NCBI GenBank assembly: GCA_949283075.1
Contig: CASDRH010000038.1
Span: forward strand, 44,483-108,482
Reading direction: 5' to 3'
DNA length: 64,000 bases
DNA from: an uncultured Pseudomonadota bacterium
GTDB lineage: Bacteria; Pseudomonadota; Alphaproteobacteria; Rs-D84; CASDRH01
Part shown: piece by piece, positions 37,880 to 48,345 of the stretch
Layout of the letters: each line of letters starts with the position of its first letter
How positions within the stretch are numbered: position 1 is the stretch's first letter
Program-made: the position numbers and the translations under genes
The notes under the pieces: model-generated
What the model was told of the DNA's origin: nothing
The model's database searches: none
What the model saw: the letters and a program-made list of their open reading frames with translations, nothing else

Positions 37880-38557
37880 TTATTCTTTATCTTTTTCCTT
37901 ATCTTCTTCTTTTTCATCTTTAACTTTTGTAGCAGGAACTTCTGTTGCTTCTGGAGCTTCATCAGAAATTACCTCTTCTTCTTGTGGAGGTGCTATTGTC
38001 AATACAGTAGGATTGTGTTCTTCTGTAATTGTTTCAACAAGCTTTGCTCCTGATGGTAGCTTCAAGTCTGCCATTGTTATTGAATCTGCTATTTCCAAAT
38101 CTGTGATATCTATTACTATACTTTCTGGAATGTTTGATGGTAGACATTTAATTTTTACTTCTCTGTGAACTATGTTTAATAGTCCGCCAAGTTTGATTCC
38201 TTTACATACATCTGTTCCAATTATTTCTAATGGAATTTCGATTTCGATTTCTTTCTTTGGATCAATTCTTAAAAAATCTACGTGTAATGGTGTATCTTTT
38301 ACTTTGTGATATTGTATATTATGACAAAGTGTTAATTCTTCTTCTTTACCATCTATTTTTAATACGAATTGTCTTGTTTTAAATCCCTTTATCTTTGTTT
38401 GAACTATTAATGCTCTTGGGTCTAGTTCTATTGATATAGGGGCTTGTTTGTTTCCGTATATTATGGCTGGTATTAATCCATTTCTTCTGATGCTACGTGC
38501 GACCCCCTTGCCAACACCTGCTCTTGAAGAAACTTCTAGTGTTACTTTATTTGACAT
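37880..38557 (-). CDS. rplY: 50S ribosomal protein L25 / general stress protein Ctc (long form with an acidic C-terminal tail)
   Basis: The N-terminal region matches L25 (LEVSSRAGVGKGVARSIRRNGLIPAIIYG). Confidence 0.8.
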   Translation of the reverse strand: MSNKVTLEVSSRAGVGKGVARSIRRNGLIPAIIYGNKQAPISIELDPRALIVQTKIKGFKTRQFVLKIDGKEEELTLCHNIQYHKVKDTPLHVDFLRIDPKKEIEIEIPLEIIGTDVCKGIKLGGLLNIVHREVKIKCLPSNIPESIVIDITDLEIADSITMADLKLPSGAKLVETITEEHNPTVLTIAPPQEEEVISDEAPEATEVPATKVKDEKEEDKEKDKE

Positions 38558-38837
38558 TTTATTTTCCTTTTATTTTTTGTTTATTTAAATTGGAAGCCTC
38601 CAAGGGTGTCTTCCCAATTTGACTTATTAGAGTATATTTATTTCTTGTAAAAATCAATATAAATATGTTTTTTTTATAATTTATATGCTATGTTTCCTTG
38701 TAATCATTTCTTTTACATGGTATTATTTTACTTGTTTTTTTATGAATTAAAACCTTGAAAAATTAAAACTTTAATGTATTATTATGTTGATTTTAGTTAA
38801 TATTGTTTCAAGAATAAGATTTTTGCGGGGGTAATAT

Positions 38838-39428
38838 ATGACTGTTATGATGCCGAAAGCTACGGCTGTGTGGTTAATTGAAAATACAACTTTGACTTTT
38901 GAACAAATTGCAAGATTTTGTGATATGCACGAATTAGAAGTGCAGGCAATTGCTGATGGTGATGCTGGAAATATTATTGGTATTTCTCCTATTCAAAATG
39001 GACAATTGACTGCTGAAGGTATTGCTGAATGTGAGAAAAATCCTAATAAGCATTTGAAATTAGACGAAGGTGTTAAGCACTTTATTGAAGAAAGTAAAAA
39101 GGTTAAACATAAATATACTCCTTTGATACAAAGAAAAGATAGACCTGATGCTATCGCTTGGATTTTGAAAAATCATCCTGAAATATATGATGCTCAGATT
39201 TGTAAGATTTTAAGAACTACTAAAAATACAATTGAGTCTATTCGTAATAAAACTCACGCTGATATTATTAATATTAAGCCTAGAAATCCTATTGCTTTGG
39301 GATTGTGTACAGAAGAGCAATTACGAAAAGCTATTGATATGGGGTTAAAACGTTCTAAAAGAGCTCCGATTGTTGTTGAAGCTCCTGTTTTTGATGAAGA
39401 TGATAAGTCTTCTGATGATTTAGAATAA
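38838..39428 (+). CDS. Conserved alphaproteobacterial protein of the DUF1013 family
   Basis: [38 protein letters not shown] matches the DUF1013 N-terminus, a family restricted to alphaproteobacteria. It lies immediately upstream of rpoD. Confidence 0.5.
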   Translation: MTVMMPKATAVWLIENTTLTFEQIARFCDMHELEVQAIADGDAGNIIGISPIQNGQLTAEGIAECEKNPNKHLKLDEGVKHFIEESKKVKHKYTPLIQRKDRPDAIAWILKNHPEIYDAQICKILRTTKNTIESIRNKTHADIINIKPRNPIALGLCTEEQLRKAIDMGLKRSKRAPIVVEAPVFDEDDKSSDDLE

Positions 39429-39514
39429 TTATTTTTTGTTTTTATTATGCTCGAAACTTTCTTTTTGATAGTGCGAGCTTTTGTTATAAATTGTTTTTTG
39501 TTCGGGGAAAGTGT

Positions 39515-41626
39515 ATGTCAGATAAAAAAATTGATGATTTAACAAATAATTTCTTTATAGATTCTTTAAGTGATAATATTAAAAAATTAATACGTAAACA
39601 TCAATCAACAGAGATTATTTCTCATAAGTTGATTTGTATTGCTTCTGAAAAAGATGGTTTGTCTAGTGATGAGTTGGAAGAGGTTATTGCAACTTTAGAT
39701 GATATGAACTGGACTATTGAATATGATGATGACGATTCTGCAGAATTTTCTGATGATGATATAGATGATGATATTACAGAACCAGATGAAGATGGTAGTT
39801 TATATATGGGTTCTGATGATGATGATGATACTTCTTCAAAAAATGTTTCTAATGTTGAACAATATGATGAAGATTCTGATGTAGGAACTGTTAATGATGA
39901 CCCTAAATTAAGAGAGTTTTTAAATTCTCATAAGGATATTTCTGATACATCTTCTTTATCAATGATACGTAGTGTTGACCCATTTAGAACTTATGTTCGT
40001 AATATGGGTAATATTGATTTATTGACTAAAGCTGGGGAAATTACTATTGCAAAGCGTATTGAGGCTGGTCGTAAGCTTATGATTGAGGGTATTTGTAAAT
40101 GCCCTATGTGTTTGCAGATGATTTTATCTTGGTATGATGATTTAATTGCTGAACGTGTGCAGTTGAGAGATATTATTAATTTGGATTTAATGTATAATGG
40201 CTCTGGTCCAGAAGATGTTGATGATAATATTGACGATATAGACCCTGATGAAATGGATGCTGAAATGGCTATGGATGGTAAGATGTCAGATGATTCAGAA
40301 CTTGATGATATGGAAGATTCTGATGAATCTGAAGATTCTGATTATGAGGATTCTTCTTCTGTTTCTAATGCTTATATGGAAGAGGCTTTACGTCCTGTGG
40401 TTATTGAAACTATGGAGAATGTTAAAAAGGTATTCGCAAAGCTTTATAAAATACAAATGGCTAATTTAGAAGGATTTATTGAAAATGCTAAATTTACTCC
40501 TGATTATGGTAAAAAGTACACTTCTAATCTTTCTTCTTTGGTTGAACTTTTGAATACTATTAAGCTTAATGATGCAAGAGTTGCTGAAATTTTAGATGCT
40601 TTAACTCAAAATCATAGACACTTGATTACTCTTGAAGGTAAAATTTTACGTATTGCAGAAAATTGCAGAATATCTCGTGATGATTTCTTAAATAATTACA
40701 CTGACGAGGAAATGAATCCTAAATGGCTTTCTAAAATAGCTAAAAGTTCTGATAAAAAATGGCAAAAGTTTGCTACTGTTCATAAAGATGAAGTTTCAAA
40801 TATTAGAAATGATATTTTGAAAGTTTGTAGAACTACTGGTTTGCCTGTTGCTGAATATAAAAAAGTTGTTGAGATTGTTTTAAAAGGTGATAGGGAATCT
40901 AATAAAGCTAAACAAGAAATGATTGAAGCTAATTTACGTTTGGTTATTTCTATTGCTAAACGCTATCAGAATCGTGGTTTACAGTTCTTGGATTTGACTC
41001 AAGAAGGTAATATCGGTTTGATGAAAGCTGTTGATAAGTTTGAATATCGTCGTGGTTATAAGTTTTCTACTTATGCTACTTGGTGGATTCGTCAGGCTAT
41101 TACTAGGTCTATTGCTGATCAAGCAAGAGTTATTAGAATTCCAGTTCATATGATTGAAACTATTAATAAGTTGAAAAAGATTTCTAGGCAGATTATGCAC
41201 GAAACTGGAAGGGAAGCTACCTATGAAGAATTGGCTGCTAAAATACACTTGCCAGTTGAAAAGGTTCGTAAGGTTATGAAAACTAAAAATAATCCTATTA
41301 GTTTGGAGTCTCCTGTTGGTGAAGATAATGAAAGCTCTTTTGGAGATATATTAGAAGATGAAAATGCTTTACGTCCGCTGGATGTTACAATTTATTCTAA
41401 TTTAAAAGAAATTACTACTCGTATTCTTTCTACTTTAAGTCCTCGTGAGGAAAAGGTTTTGCGTATGCGATTTGGTATTGGTATGAATACAGATCATACT
41501 TTGGAAGAAGTCGGTAAACAATTTGCTGTTACAAGGGAAAGAATTCGCCAGATTGAAGCAAAAGCTTTGAAAAAATTAAAACATCCTACTAGAGCAAAAC
41601 GTTTAAAAACATTCTTGGAAAATTAA
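39515..41626 (+). CDS. rpoD: RNA polymerase sigma factor RpoD (sigma70) with long acidic insertions
   Basis: Regions 2.x-4.2 are conserved ([39 protein letters not shown], and the C-terminal HTH). Two Asp/Glu-rich low-complexity stretches lie in the N-terminal and non-conserved regions. Confidence 0.95.
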   Translation: MSDKKIDDLTNNFFIDSLSDNIKKLIRKHQSTEIISHKLICIASEKDGLSSDELEEVIATLDDMNWTIEYDDDDSAEFSDDDIDDDITEPDEDGSLYMGSDDDDDTSSKNVSNVEQYDEDSDVGTVNDDPKLREFLNSHKDISDTSSLSMIRSVDPFRTYVRNMGNIDLLTKAGEITIAKRIEAGRKLMIEGICKCPMCLQMILSWYDDLIAERVQLRDIINLDLMYNGSGPEDVDDNIDDIDPDEMDAEMAMDGKMSDDSELDDMEDSDESEDSDYEDSSSVSNAYMEEALRPVVIETMENVKKVFAKLYKIQMANLEGFIENAKFTPDYGKKYTSNLSSLVELLNTIKLNDARVAEILDALTQNHRHLITLEGKILRIAENCRISRDDFLNNYTDEEMNPKWLSKIAKSSDKKWQKFATVHKDEVSNIRNDILKVCRTTGLPVAEYKKVVEIVLKGDRESNKAKQEMIEANLRLVISIAKRYQNRGLQFLDLTQEGNIGLMKAVDKFEYRRGYKFSTYATWWIRQAITRSIADQARVIRIPVHMIETINKLKKISRQIMHETGREATYEELAAKIHLPVEKVRKVMKTKNNPISLESPVGEDNESSFGDILEDENALRPLDVTIYSNLKEITTRILSTLSPREEKVLRMRFGIGMNTDHTLEEVGKQFAVTRERIRQIEAKALKKLKHPTRAKRLKTFLEN

Positions 41627-41718
41627 TTGTTTATTGCTTGTTTTATAAGTATTTACCTATTGAAAATAGGCTTCTTTTTTGGTATAATTTTTTATTGAGA
41701 TATTATTGGAGAGAGAGA

Positions 41719-42639
41719 ATGTATAAAAATAAACTAAAAATATTCATAGTATTTATTCTTGTTTTGTCTTTTGGAATTGTTAATTTGAATGGAGCTTATG
41801 CAGAAGATAGATGGGGTGGAGTTAATACTCAACAATCAACTCTTCCTTCTGTTACTTCTGATGGAATGAGTCAGAGTTATGCTTCTCAAAATGTAGAAGT
41901 AAGAAAGGATTTAGAAAAAGTTAATAAAAGTAAAAAGGGGTGGGATATAACTAAAGCTGTTATGGGTGCTACTGCTGCTTTGGGTGCTGGTGTTGCAATA
42001 GCTGGCTTTGTTGCTCCTGGTTTGGATCAAAATGCAAGAACTGCAATGATTGCTACAGGCTTACCTGTTGCTGCTGGAGCTGGTGTAACAGCTTTTATTG
42101 CAGATGGTCAGTCTAAAGAATTGAGAAGAAAATCTTTAAATTTAGAAGGAAGAATTGAGGATAATTGGGATGCTATGACAAGAAATGCTCAAGTCGGTCA
42201 GGATATAGTTTTAGCAAATAATATGAAACAATCAGGACTTTCAAATAGTTCTACAAATGCTATGCATGCTGGAGCAGTTGAGGATATATATTTTGGACCA
42301 GTTGGGGGAGGTAATGTTCCTAATCAAAATGGAAATAATCCTCCTAATAATCCGCCTGCTACACCTCCGACTAGAGATATTCCTTCAGGTGGAAATGCTG
42401 AAAATGGAGGAACTGGAAATAATTTATGTTGTTTTGTTTATACTTATGATAGTGTAGATATGTTTCGTGTGGTTCGCGAAATGCTTAAATATTCTGTTGT
42501 TCCTTGTAGTCCTGATCCTGGTGATGCTAAATTTATTTATCATAGAACTCCATCAAATGGAGAATCTTATTCAGATTTAGAGAGAATTTGTTATAATAAA
42601 TATATCGAAGTTTTTAATAAGCGTAGAGCTTCTAGATAA
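41719..42639 (+). CDS. Hypothetical secreted protein with a Gly/Ala-rich and Asn/Pro-rich central region and a Cys-containing C-terminus
   Basis: A GGAGAGAG SD precedes the ATG at 41719, and a signal peptide follows. Confidence 0.4.
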   Translation: MYKNKLKIFIVFILVLSFGIVNLNGAYAEDRWGGVNTQQSTLPSVTSDGMSQSYASQNVEVRKDLEKVNKSKKGWDITKAVMGATAALGAGVAIAGFVAPGLDQNARTAMIATGLPVAAGAGVTAFIADGQSKELRRKSLNLEGRIEDNWDAMTRNAQVGQDIVLANNMKQSGLSNSSTNAMHAGAVEDIYFGPVGGGNVPNQNGNNPPNNPPATPPTRDIPSGGNAENGGTGNNLCCFVYTYDSVDMFRVVREMLKYSVVPCSPDPGDAKFIYHRTPSNGESYSDLERICYNKYIEVFNKRRASR

Positions 42640-43117
42640 ACCTATCTAATATTAATTTTGCGGAAAGGGAATTTATGTTCTCTTTCTTTTTTTTTCTTGT
42701 TATTTTTGCTTCGTTATCTAATAAATTGTTTTGCATTTCTTCTGCGGATTTTGATGTTCCTGCTTCATTTATAAATGATATATATTTTTCTATGTTTTCT
42801 GATATTAATTCTTCGTTTAATTTATTTGTAAATTCTTTTATAGATTCTATTGTTTCGTTTTTATATCCATCTTTTTCTTTATGCTCTGGAAGACCTATTA
42901 TTATTGCTGTTGGATTATATTCTTTTATTAAGTTTGTCCAAAAGTTTTCTTTTTGTCTTATTTCATTTTGTATTACCGGTTTTATTGGTATTGTAAATGT
43001 GGCATTTTCATCAGTTATTGCTAATCCTATACATTTTTTTCCCCAATCTATTCCTAGAATAGTTTTATTTTTTTCTGTTGTTATAATTTCTTTTAATTTG
43101 TTGCAATTTACTATCAT
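42632..43117 (-). CDS. ruvX: Putative pre-16S rRNA nuclease / Holliday-junction resolvase-like YqgF (RuvX)
   Basis: ILGIDWGKKCIGLAITDE and a downstream acidic motif fit a RuvC-like fold. Confidence 0.65.
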   Translation of the reverse strand: MIVNCNKLKEIITTEKNKTILGIDWGKKCIGLAITDENATFTIPIKPVIQNEIRQKENFWTNLIKEYNPTAIIIGLPEHKEKDGYKNETIESIKEFTNKLNEELISENIEKYISFINEAGTSKSAEEMQNNLLDNEAKITRKKKKENINSLSAKLILDRFI

Positions 43118-43210
43118 TGATGTTAAATTCTTTTCTATTGTAATTTTGATATTTTATCATTATTTCATTTTTCTAATTTGAAGATAACAATAAATAAAAG
43201 GGTAAGTCAA

Positions 43211-43519
43211 ATGAGTTTTTCTAAAGATGATGTTAAAAATGTTGCTATGTTAGCTAGATTATCATTTGATGATGATAAATTGCAAAAAATGCAAACTGAA
43301 TTGAGTGCTATCATTGATTGGGCGGATGCTTTGCAAAGTGTTAATACAGACGATGTTGAACCTTTATTCAATGTTTCTGATAAAAATGCTCCTATGCGTG
43401 AAGATAAAGTTGTTATGATGAATAATCGTAATGATGTTTTGCAAAATGCTCCTGATTCAGATGATAATGATGATATTTTGAATAGACAATTTTTTGCTGT
43501 TCCTAAAATGATAGAATAA
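43211..43519 (+). CDS. gatC: Glu-tRNA(Gln)/Asp-tRNA(Asn) amidotransferase subunit C
   Basis: The size is ~100 aa and it sits directly upstream of gatA. The start at 43211 (MSFSKDD) is preferred over the ORF track start at 43178. Confidence 0.7.
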   Translation: MSFSKDDVKNVAMLARLSFDDDKLQKMQTELSAIIDWADALQSVNTDDVEPLFNVSDKNAPMREDKVVMMNNRNDVLQNAPDSDDNDDILNRQFFAVPKMIE

Positions 43520-43541
43520 CTTTTTTGTTTGTGAGGGTATT

Positions 43542-45047
43542 ATGACTATTTTAACAGATTTGACTATGCTTGAAGTAAAAAAATCTTTGGAAAATAAAGA
43601 TTTTTCTGCTGTTGAATTAACAAATGCTTATATTGATAATATTAAAAAGCATAAAGATTTGAATTGTTTTATTACTGAAACTTTTGATAGAGCTATTGAT
43701 GATGCAAAAGCTACTGATGATCGTATATCAAAAGGTGAAAGTTTGAAGTTACTAGATGGTATTCCTATCGCAATGAAAGATTTGTTTTGTACAAAAGGAA
43801 TATTGACTACTGCTTCTTCTAAAATATTAGGTAATTTTATTCCTACTTACGAATCTACTGTTTCTCAAAAATTGATTGATGTAGGTTCTGTTTTGTTAGG
43901 TAAAGTTGCTTTAGATGAATTTGCTATGGGTGGTTCTACTAAAACATCTTATTATGGTATAGTTAAAAACCCTTATAAAGATAAAACTCGCCCTGATAAA
44001 ATTTTAGTTCCTGGTGGTTCTTCGGGTGGTTCTTCTTCTGCTGTTGCTGCTGGACTTGCTTTGGGAGCTACTGCTACTGATACTGGTGGTTCTGTTCGTC
44101 AACCTTCTGCTTTTACTGGTATTGTTGGTATTAAACCTACTTATGGAAGAGTTTCTCGTTGGGGATGTGTTGCTTTCGCTTCTTCTCTTGATACTTGTTC
44201 TGTTATGGGGCGTAATGTTATAGATGCTGCTTTAATGTTGCAGGCTGTTTCTGGATATGATGAAAAAGATTCTACTTCTTTTAAATCTGATGTCCCTAAT
44301 TGGTTTGATGATTTACAAAAAAATTCAGATCAATCTTTAAAAGGTATTAAAATTGGTTTACCAAAAGAATATTTTGAAAATATATCAGAAGAGTTAATGA
44401 ATGTTATACAGGCTCGTATTAATGATATGAAAAATTTAGGGGCAGAGTTTATTGATATTTCTCTTCCTTCTACTAAATATGCTTTGCCTGTGTATTATAT
44501 AATTGCTCCTGCTGAAGCTAGTGCTAATTTGGCAAGATATGACGGTGTTCGTTTCGGATTTAGAAGTTTAAATGATAATAAAGAATTCGAATCTTTAAAT
44601 GATATGTATATAAAAACTAGAACAGAAGGATTCGGTGAAGAAGTTAAACGTCGTTTGATGATTGGAACTGCTGTTTTATCTTCTGGTATGTATGACCATT
44701 ATTTCTTAAAAGCTGCAAAAGTTCGTCGTATAATATCTAATGAATTTGCTGATGCTTTTAGTAAGGTTGATGTGATTATGACACCAACTGCTACTGGTGG
44801 CGCTTTTGCTGTTGATGATGTGATGAGCCCTATTGATATGTATATGAATGATGTATTTACTGTAGCATCTAATTTAGCTGGGGTTCCTGCAATTTCTATA
44901 CCAGCAGGTAATGATAGCAAAACTGGATTGCCTTTTGGTATGCAGTTGATTGGTAAAATGTTTGATGAAAGTTCTATTTTAAGAACTGCTAATATTGTTG
45001 AAAAGACTGTTGCATTTGATAACCGTCCAAGTAAATTATTTTGTTAA
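43542..45047 (+). CDS. gatA: Glutamyl-tRNA(Gln) amidotransferase subunit A
   Basis: The amidase signature GGSSGGSSSAVAAG is present, with a catalytic Ser-cisSer-Lys context. Confidence 0.95.
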   Translation: MTILTDLTMLEVKKSLENKDFSAVELTNAYIDNIKKHKDLNCFITETFDRAIDDAKATDDRISKGESLKLLDGIPIAMKDLFCTKGILTTASSKILGNFIPTYESTVSQKLIDVGSVLLGKVALDEFAMGGSTKTSYYGIVKNPYKDKTRPDKILVPGGSSGGSSSAVAAGLALGATATDTGGSVRQPSAFTGIVGIKPTYGRVSRWGCVAFASSLDTCSVMGRNVIDAALMLQAVSGYDEKDSTSFKSDVPNWFDDLQKNSDQSLKGIKIGLPKEYFENISEELMNVIQARINDMKNLGAEFIDISLPSTKYALPVYYIIAPAEASANLARYDGVRFGFRSLNDNKEFESLNDMYIKTRTEGFGEEVKRRLMIGTAVLSSGMYDHYFLKAAKVRRIISNEFADAFSKVDVIMTPTATGGAFAVDDVMSPIDMYMNDVFTVASNLAGVPAISIPAGNDSKTGLPFGMQLIGKMFDESSILRTANIVEKTVAFDNRPSKLFC

Positions 45048-45070
45048 TCTTTTAGTTAAGTGAGGGTAAT

Positions 45071-46549
45071 ATGCCATATGTTATAAAAGGAAATACTGCT
45101 GATTGGGAAGCTGTTATCGGTTTGGAAGTTCACTGTCAGGTTATATCTAAAAGTAAATTGTTTTCTTCTTCTTCTGCGGAATTTGGAGCTCAACCTAATG
45201 AACATGTTTCTTTGGTTGATGCTGCTATGCCTGGAATGCTTCCTGTGCTTAATGAGTTTTGTATTAGACAAGCTGTTAAAACAGGTTTTGGTTTGAACGC
45301 TAAAATCAATAAGCTTTCAAGATTTGATAGAAAAAGTTATTTTTATGCTGATTTACCTTCTGGATATCAGATTACTCAACAATATGCTCCGATAGTTACT
45401 GATGGTTATCTTGATATACTTGATGATGATGGTAATACTAAACGAATCAGAATTAACAGATTACATGTTGAACAGGATGCTGGTAAATCTGTCCATGATA
45501 TGGATCCTGATAAGTCTTTTATTGATTTGAATCGTGCTGGTGTTGCTTTGATGGAGATTGTTTCTGAACCTGATTTATCTTCTCCATTTGAAGTGTCTGA
45601 GTATTTGAAAAAAATGCGTCAGTTAGTTCGTTATTTAAAAACTTGTGATGGTAATATGGATGAAGGTTCTATGCGTTGTGATTTAAATGTTTCTGTGCGT
45701 AAAGTTGGAGAAACTAAATTTGGAACTCGTGTAGAAGTTAAAAATGTTAACTCTGTGAAATATGCTGCTACTGCTTTAGAGTATGAAATTAAGCGTCAAA
45801 TTAATGCACTTGAAAATGGTGAAGAATTAGTTCAGGAAACTAGATTATTTAATCCTAATACTGGAGAAACTCGTTCTATGCGTAGTAAGGAAAATGCAAA
45901 TGATTATAGATATTTTCCTGATCCTGATTTATTACCTGTTGTCTTATCTGATGAATTATTACAGGAAGTTAAAAATGAAATGCCTATGTTGCCAGATGAA
46001 AGAAAGGCTTTCTTGATTGATAATTATTCTTTGTCTGCTTATGATGCTGATGTTTTGTCTTTGGAAAAAGAAGTTGCCGATTTCTTTGAAAAATCTGTTT
46101 CTTTATCTAAACATAAAAATGGTAAGCATATTTGTAATTTGATGACATCTGAATTGTTTGCTTATTTGAATAAGGATAATTTGACTATTGAGCAAAGTTT
46201 TGTTAGCGAACAACAATTAGCTGATATTGCTGATAATGTTTTAGATAATGTTATATCTGGTAAAATTGCAAAGGATTTATTTAAGTTATTATATGAGAAT
46301 CCTGATATTAGAACTGATAAAATATCTGATATAATTGAAAAACAAGGTTTGAAGCAGGTATCTGATACTGGTGCAATAGAAAAATGTATTGATGATGTGA
46401 TTGCTAATAATACTGACAATTGGAATCAATTAAAATCTGGAAAAGATAAATTAATTGGTTGGTTTGTTGGTCAAGTTATGAAAGAAATGAAAGGTAAAGG
46501 TAATCCTTCTATTATAAATGAATTAATTATTAAAAAGGTTAAAGAATAG
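45071..46549 (+). CDS. gatB: Aspartyl/glutamyl-tRNA amidotransferase subunit B
   Basis: GatB/YqeY domain architecture; 492 aa. Confidence 0.95.
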   Translation: MPYVIKGNTADWEAVIGLEVHCQVISKSKLFSSSSAEFGAQPNEHVSLVDAAMPGMLPVLNEFCIRQAVKTGFGLNAKINKLSRFDRKSYFYADLPSGYQITQQYAPIVTDGYLDILDDDGNTKRIRINRLHVEQDAGKSVHDMDPDKSFIDLNRAGVALMEIVSEPDLSSPFEVSEYLKKMRQLVRYLKTCDGNMDEGSMRCDLNVSVRKVGETKFGTRVEVKNVNSVKYAATALEYEIKRQINALENGEELVQETRLFNPNTGETRSMRSKENANDYRYFPDPDLLPVVLSDELLQEVKNEMPMLPDERKAFLIDNYSLSAYDADVLSLEKEVADFFEKSVSLSKHKNGKHICNLMTSELFAYLNKDNLTIEQSFVSEQQLADIADNVLDNVISGKIAKDLFKLLYENPDIRTDKISDIIEKQGLKQVSDTGAIEKCIDDVIANNTDNWNQLKSGKDKLIGWFVGQVMKEMKGKGNPSIINELIIKKVKE

Positions 46550-46557
46550 TTTAAGTT

Positions 46558-47913
46558 ATGTCTGAAATGAAAACTTTTTATTTGAAAACTTTTGGTTGCC
46601 AAATGAATATATATGATAGTCATCGTGTATATGATTTAATGCAATCTAATGGGTATTCTTTTGTTGATAATCCTGTTGATGCTGATGTTGTTATTTTGAA
46701 TACTTGTTATATTCGCGAAAAAGCAAGTGAAAAAATATTTTCTGAACTTGGCAGAATTAAAGTTGCTAAAAAACACTCTGGTAAATTTGATAATTTTGTT
46801 GTTGCTGTTATTGGCTGTGTTGCAAAAGCAGAAGAAAATAATATATTTGATAGAGTCCCTTATGTGAATATAGTTTTAAGTCCTTCAAAATATCATTTGC
46901 TACCTGAAAAAATTTCTATTGCTTTTAATAATCCTGATGAAAAGATTATTGATGTCGGCTTAAATGGAGTTGAAAAGTTTGATTATTTAACTGATATATC
47001 TTTATCTTCTTTGTCTGATTATTCTGCTTTTATTTCTGTCCAAGAAGGATGCGATAAGTTTTGTACTTATTGTGTAGTCCCTTATACTAGGGGTAGAGAG
47101 GTTTCTCGACCTTTTGAAGATGTTATTGAAGAAGCTAAAAAATTAGATAATGGGAAAACTATTGAAATTACTTTGTTGGGACAAAATGTTTCTGCTTATA
47201 ATGGAAAAGATGCTTCTGGTAATCAACGTTGTTTAGCTGATTTAATCGAAGAAATTGCTAAATTTGATTTTGTTAAGCGTATAAGATATATTACTTCTTA
47301 TCCAACTCAACTTGGAGATAGGCTTATAAAATTACATTCAACTGAAAAAAAATTACAACCTTTATTATTTGTTCCTATTCAATCTGGTTCTGATAATGTG
47401 TTGAAAAAAATGAATCGTAGATATAATCAACAACAATACAAGCAAATGATTGATGATGTGTTATCTGTTTTTCCTGATGCAAAGTTTTCTTCTGATTTTA
47501 TTGTTGGTTTTCCAGGTGAAACTGATGATGATTTTAAACAAACTTTGAAAATAGTTGATGAGGTTGAGTTTATAAATTCTTTTTCTTTTAAGTATTCTCC
47601 TAGACCTCATACTCCTGCACAGAAAATGGATAATCAGGTTCCTGAAGATGTTAAAACTAAACGTTTGATTGAGCTTCAAAAGCTTTTATCAGATAAGCAA
47701 CTTGCTTTTAATAAATCTTTGATTGGTAAAGTTATACCTGTTTTATTTGAATCTGTTGCTAAAAAAGAAAAGAATTCTATGTTTGGTAAATCTGAATTTA
47801 TGCAGACGGTTATTGCTGATTATAATGAAAATTGTATCGGTAAAATTGTTGATGTTAAAATTTTAGAAGCAGATGCTTTTACTTTAAAAGGTGAATTAAT
47901 TGAAAAAAAATAA
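46558..47913 (+). CDS. miaB: tRNA-i6A37 methylthiotransferase (radical SAM)
   Basis: An N-terminal MTTase domain, the radical-SAM motif CDKFCTYC, and a C-terminal TRAM domain are present. Confidence 0.85.
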   Translation: MSEMKTFYLKTFGCQMNIYDSHRVYDLMQSNGYSFVDNPVDADVVILNTCYIREKASEKIFSELGRIKVAKKHSGKFDNFVVAVIGCVAKAEENNIFDRVPYVNIVLSPSKYHLLPEKISIAFNNPDEKIIDVGLNGVEKFDYLTDISLSSLSDYSAFISVQEGCDKFCTYCVVPYTRGREVSRPFEDVIEEAKKLDNGKTIEITLLGQNVSAYNGKDASGNQRCLADLIEEIAKFDFVKRIRYITSYPTQLGDRLIKLHSTEKKLQPLLFVPIQSGSDNVLKKMNRRYNQQQYKQMIDDVLSVFPDAKFSSDFIVGFPGETDDDFKQTLKIVDEVEFINSFSFKYSPRPHTPAQKMDNQVPEDVKTKRLIELQKLLSDKQLAFNKSLIGKVIPVLFESVAKKEKNSMFGKSEFMQTVIADYNENCIGKIVDVKILEADAFTLKGELIEKK

Positions 47914-48337
47914 TTTATTATTTTTAGTAAATGATGATAGATGGAAGCAAATTATTCCTGATTATAGTAAAATTGCTGAAAAAATTTGTGATTTATTAAA
48001 TTTGCAAAATAAAGAAATAAGTTTTTTATTGACTAATGATGATGAAATTCACATATTAAATCGTGATTATAGAAATGTTGATAAGCCTACGAATGTTTTA
48101 TCTTTTGAAAGTGAAGATGATTTTATGTTGGGGGATGTTATTGTTTCTATTGATACTTTGATTATTGAAGCTGAAGAAAAAAATATTCCTGTTGAAAATC
48201 ATTTTACTCATTTGATTTTACATGGGATTTTACATTTATTAGGGTATGATCATATTGAAAATGATGAAGCGGAAATTATGGAGAGTAAGGAAATTGATAT
48301 TTTACAAAAACTTGGAATATCTAATCCTTATGTTTAG
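47900..48337 (+). CDS. ybeY: Endoribonuclease YbeY
   Basis: The motif HLILHGILHLLGYDH (HxxxHxxGxxH) is present. Confidence 0.8.
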   Translation: MKKNNLLFLVNDDRWKQIIPDYSKIAEKICDLLNLQNKEISFLLTNDDEIHILNRDYRNVDKPTNVLSFESEDDFMLGDVIVSIDTLIIEAEEKNIPVENHFTHLILHGILHLLGYDHIENDEAEIMESKEIDILQKLGISNPYV

Positions 48338-48345
48338 GAGAGTTT

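Noticed and set aside
39491-39514. ORF-track start of rpoD at 39491 (MFFVRGKC...)
   Set aside because: Conserved sigma70 N-termini begin near MSDKKIDD. The upstream residues have no SD support.
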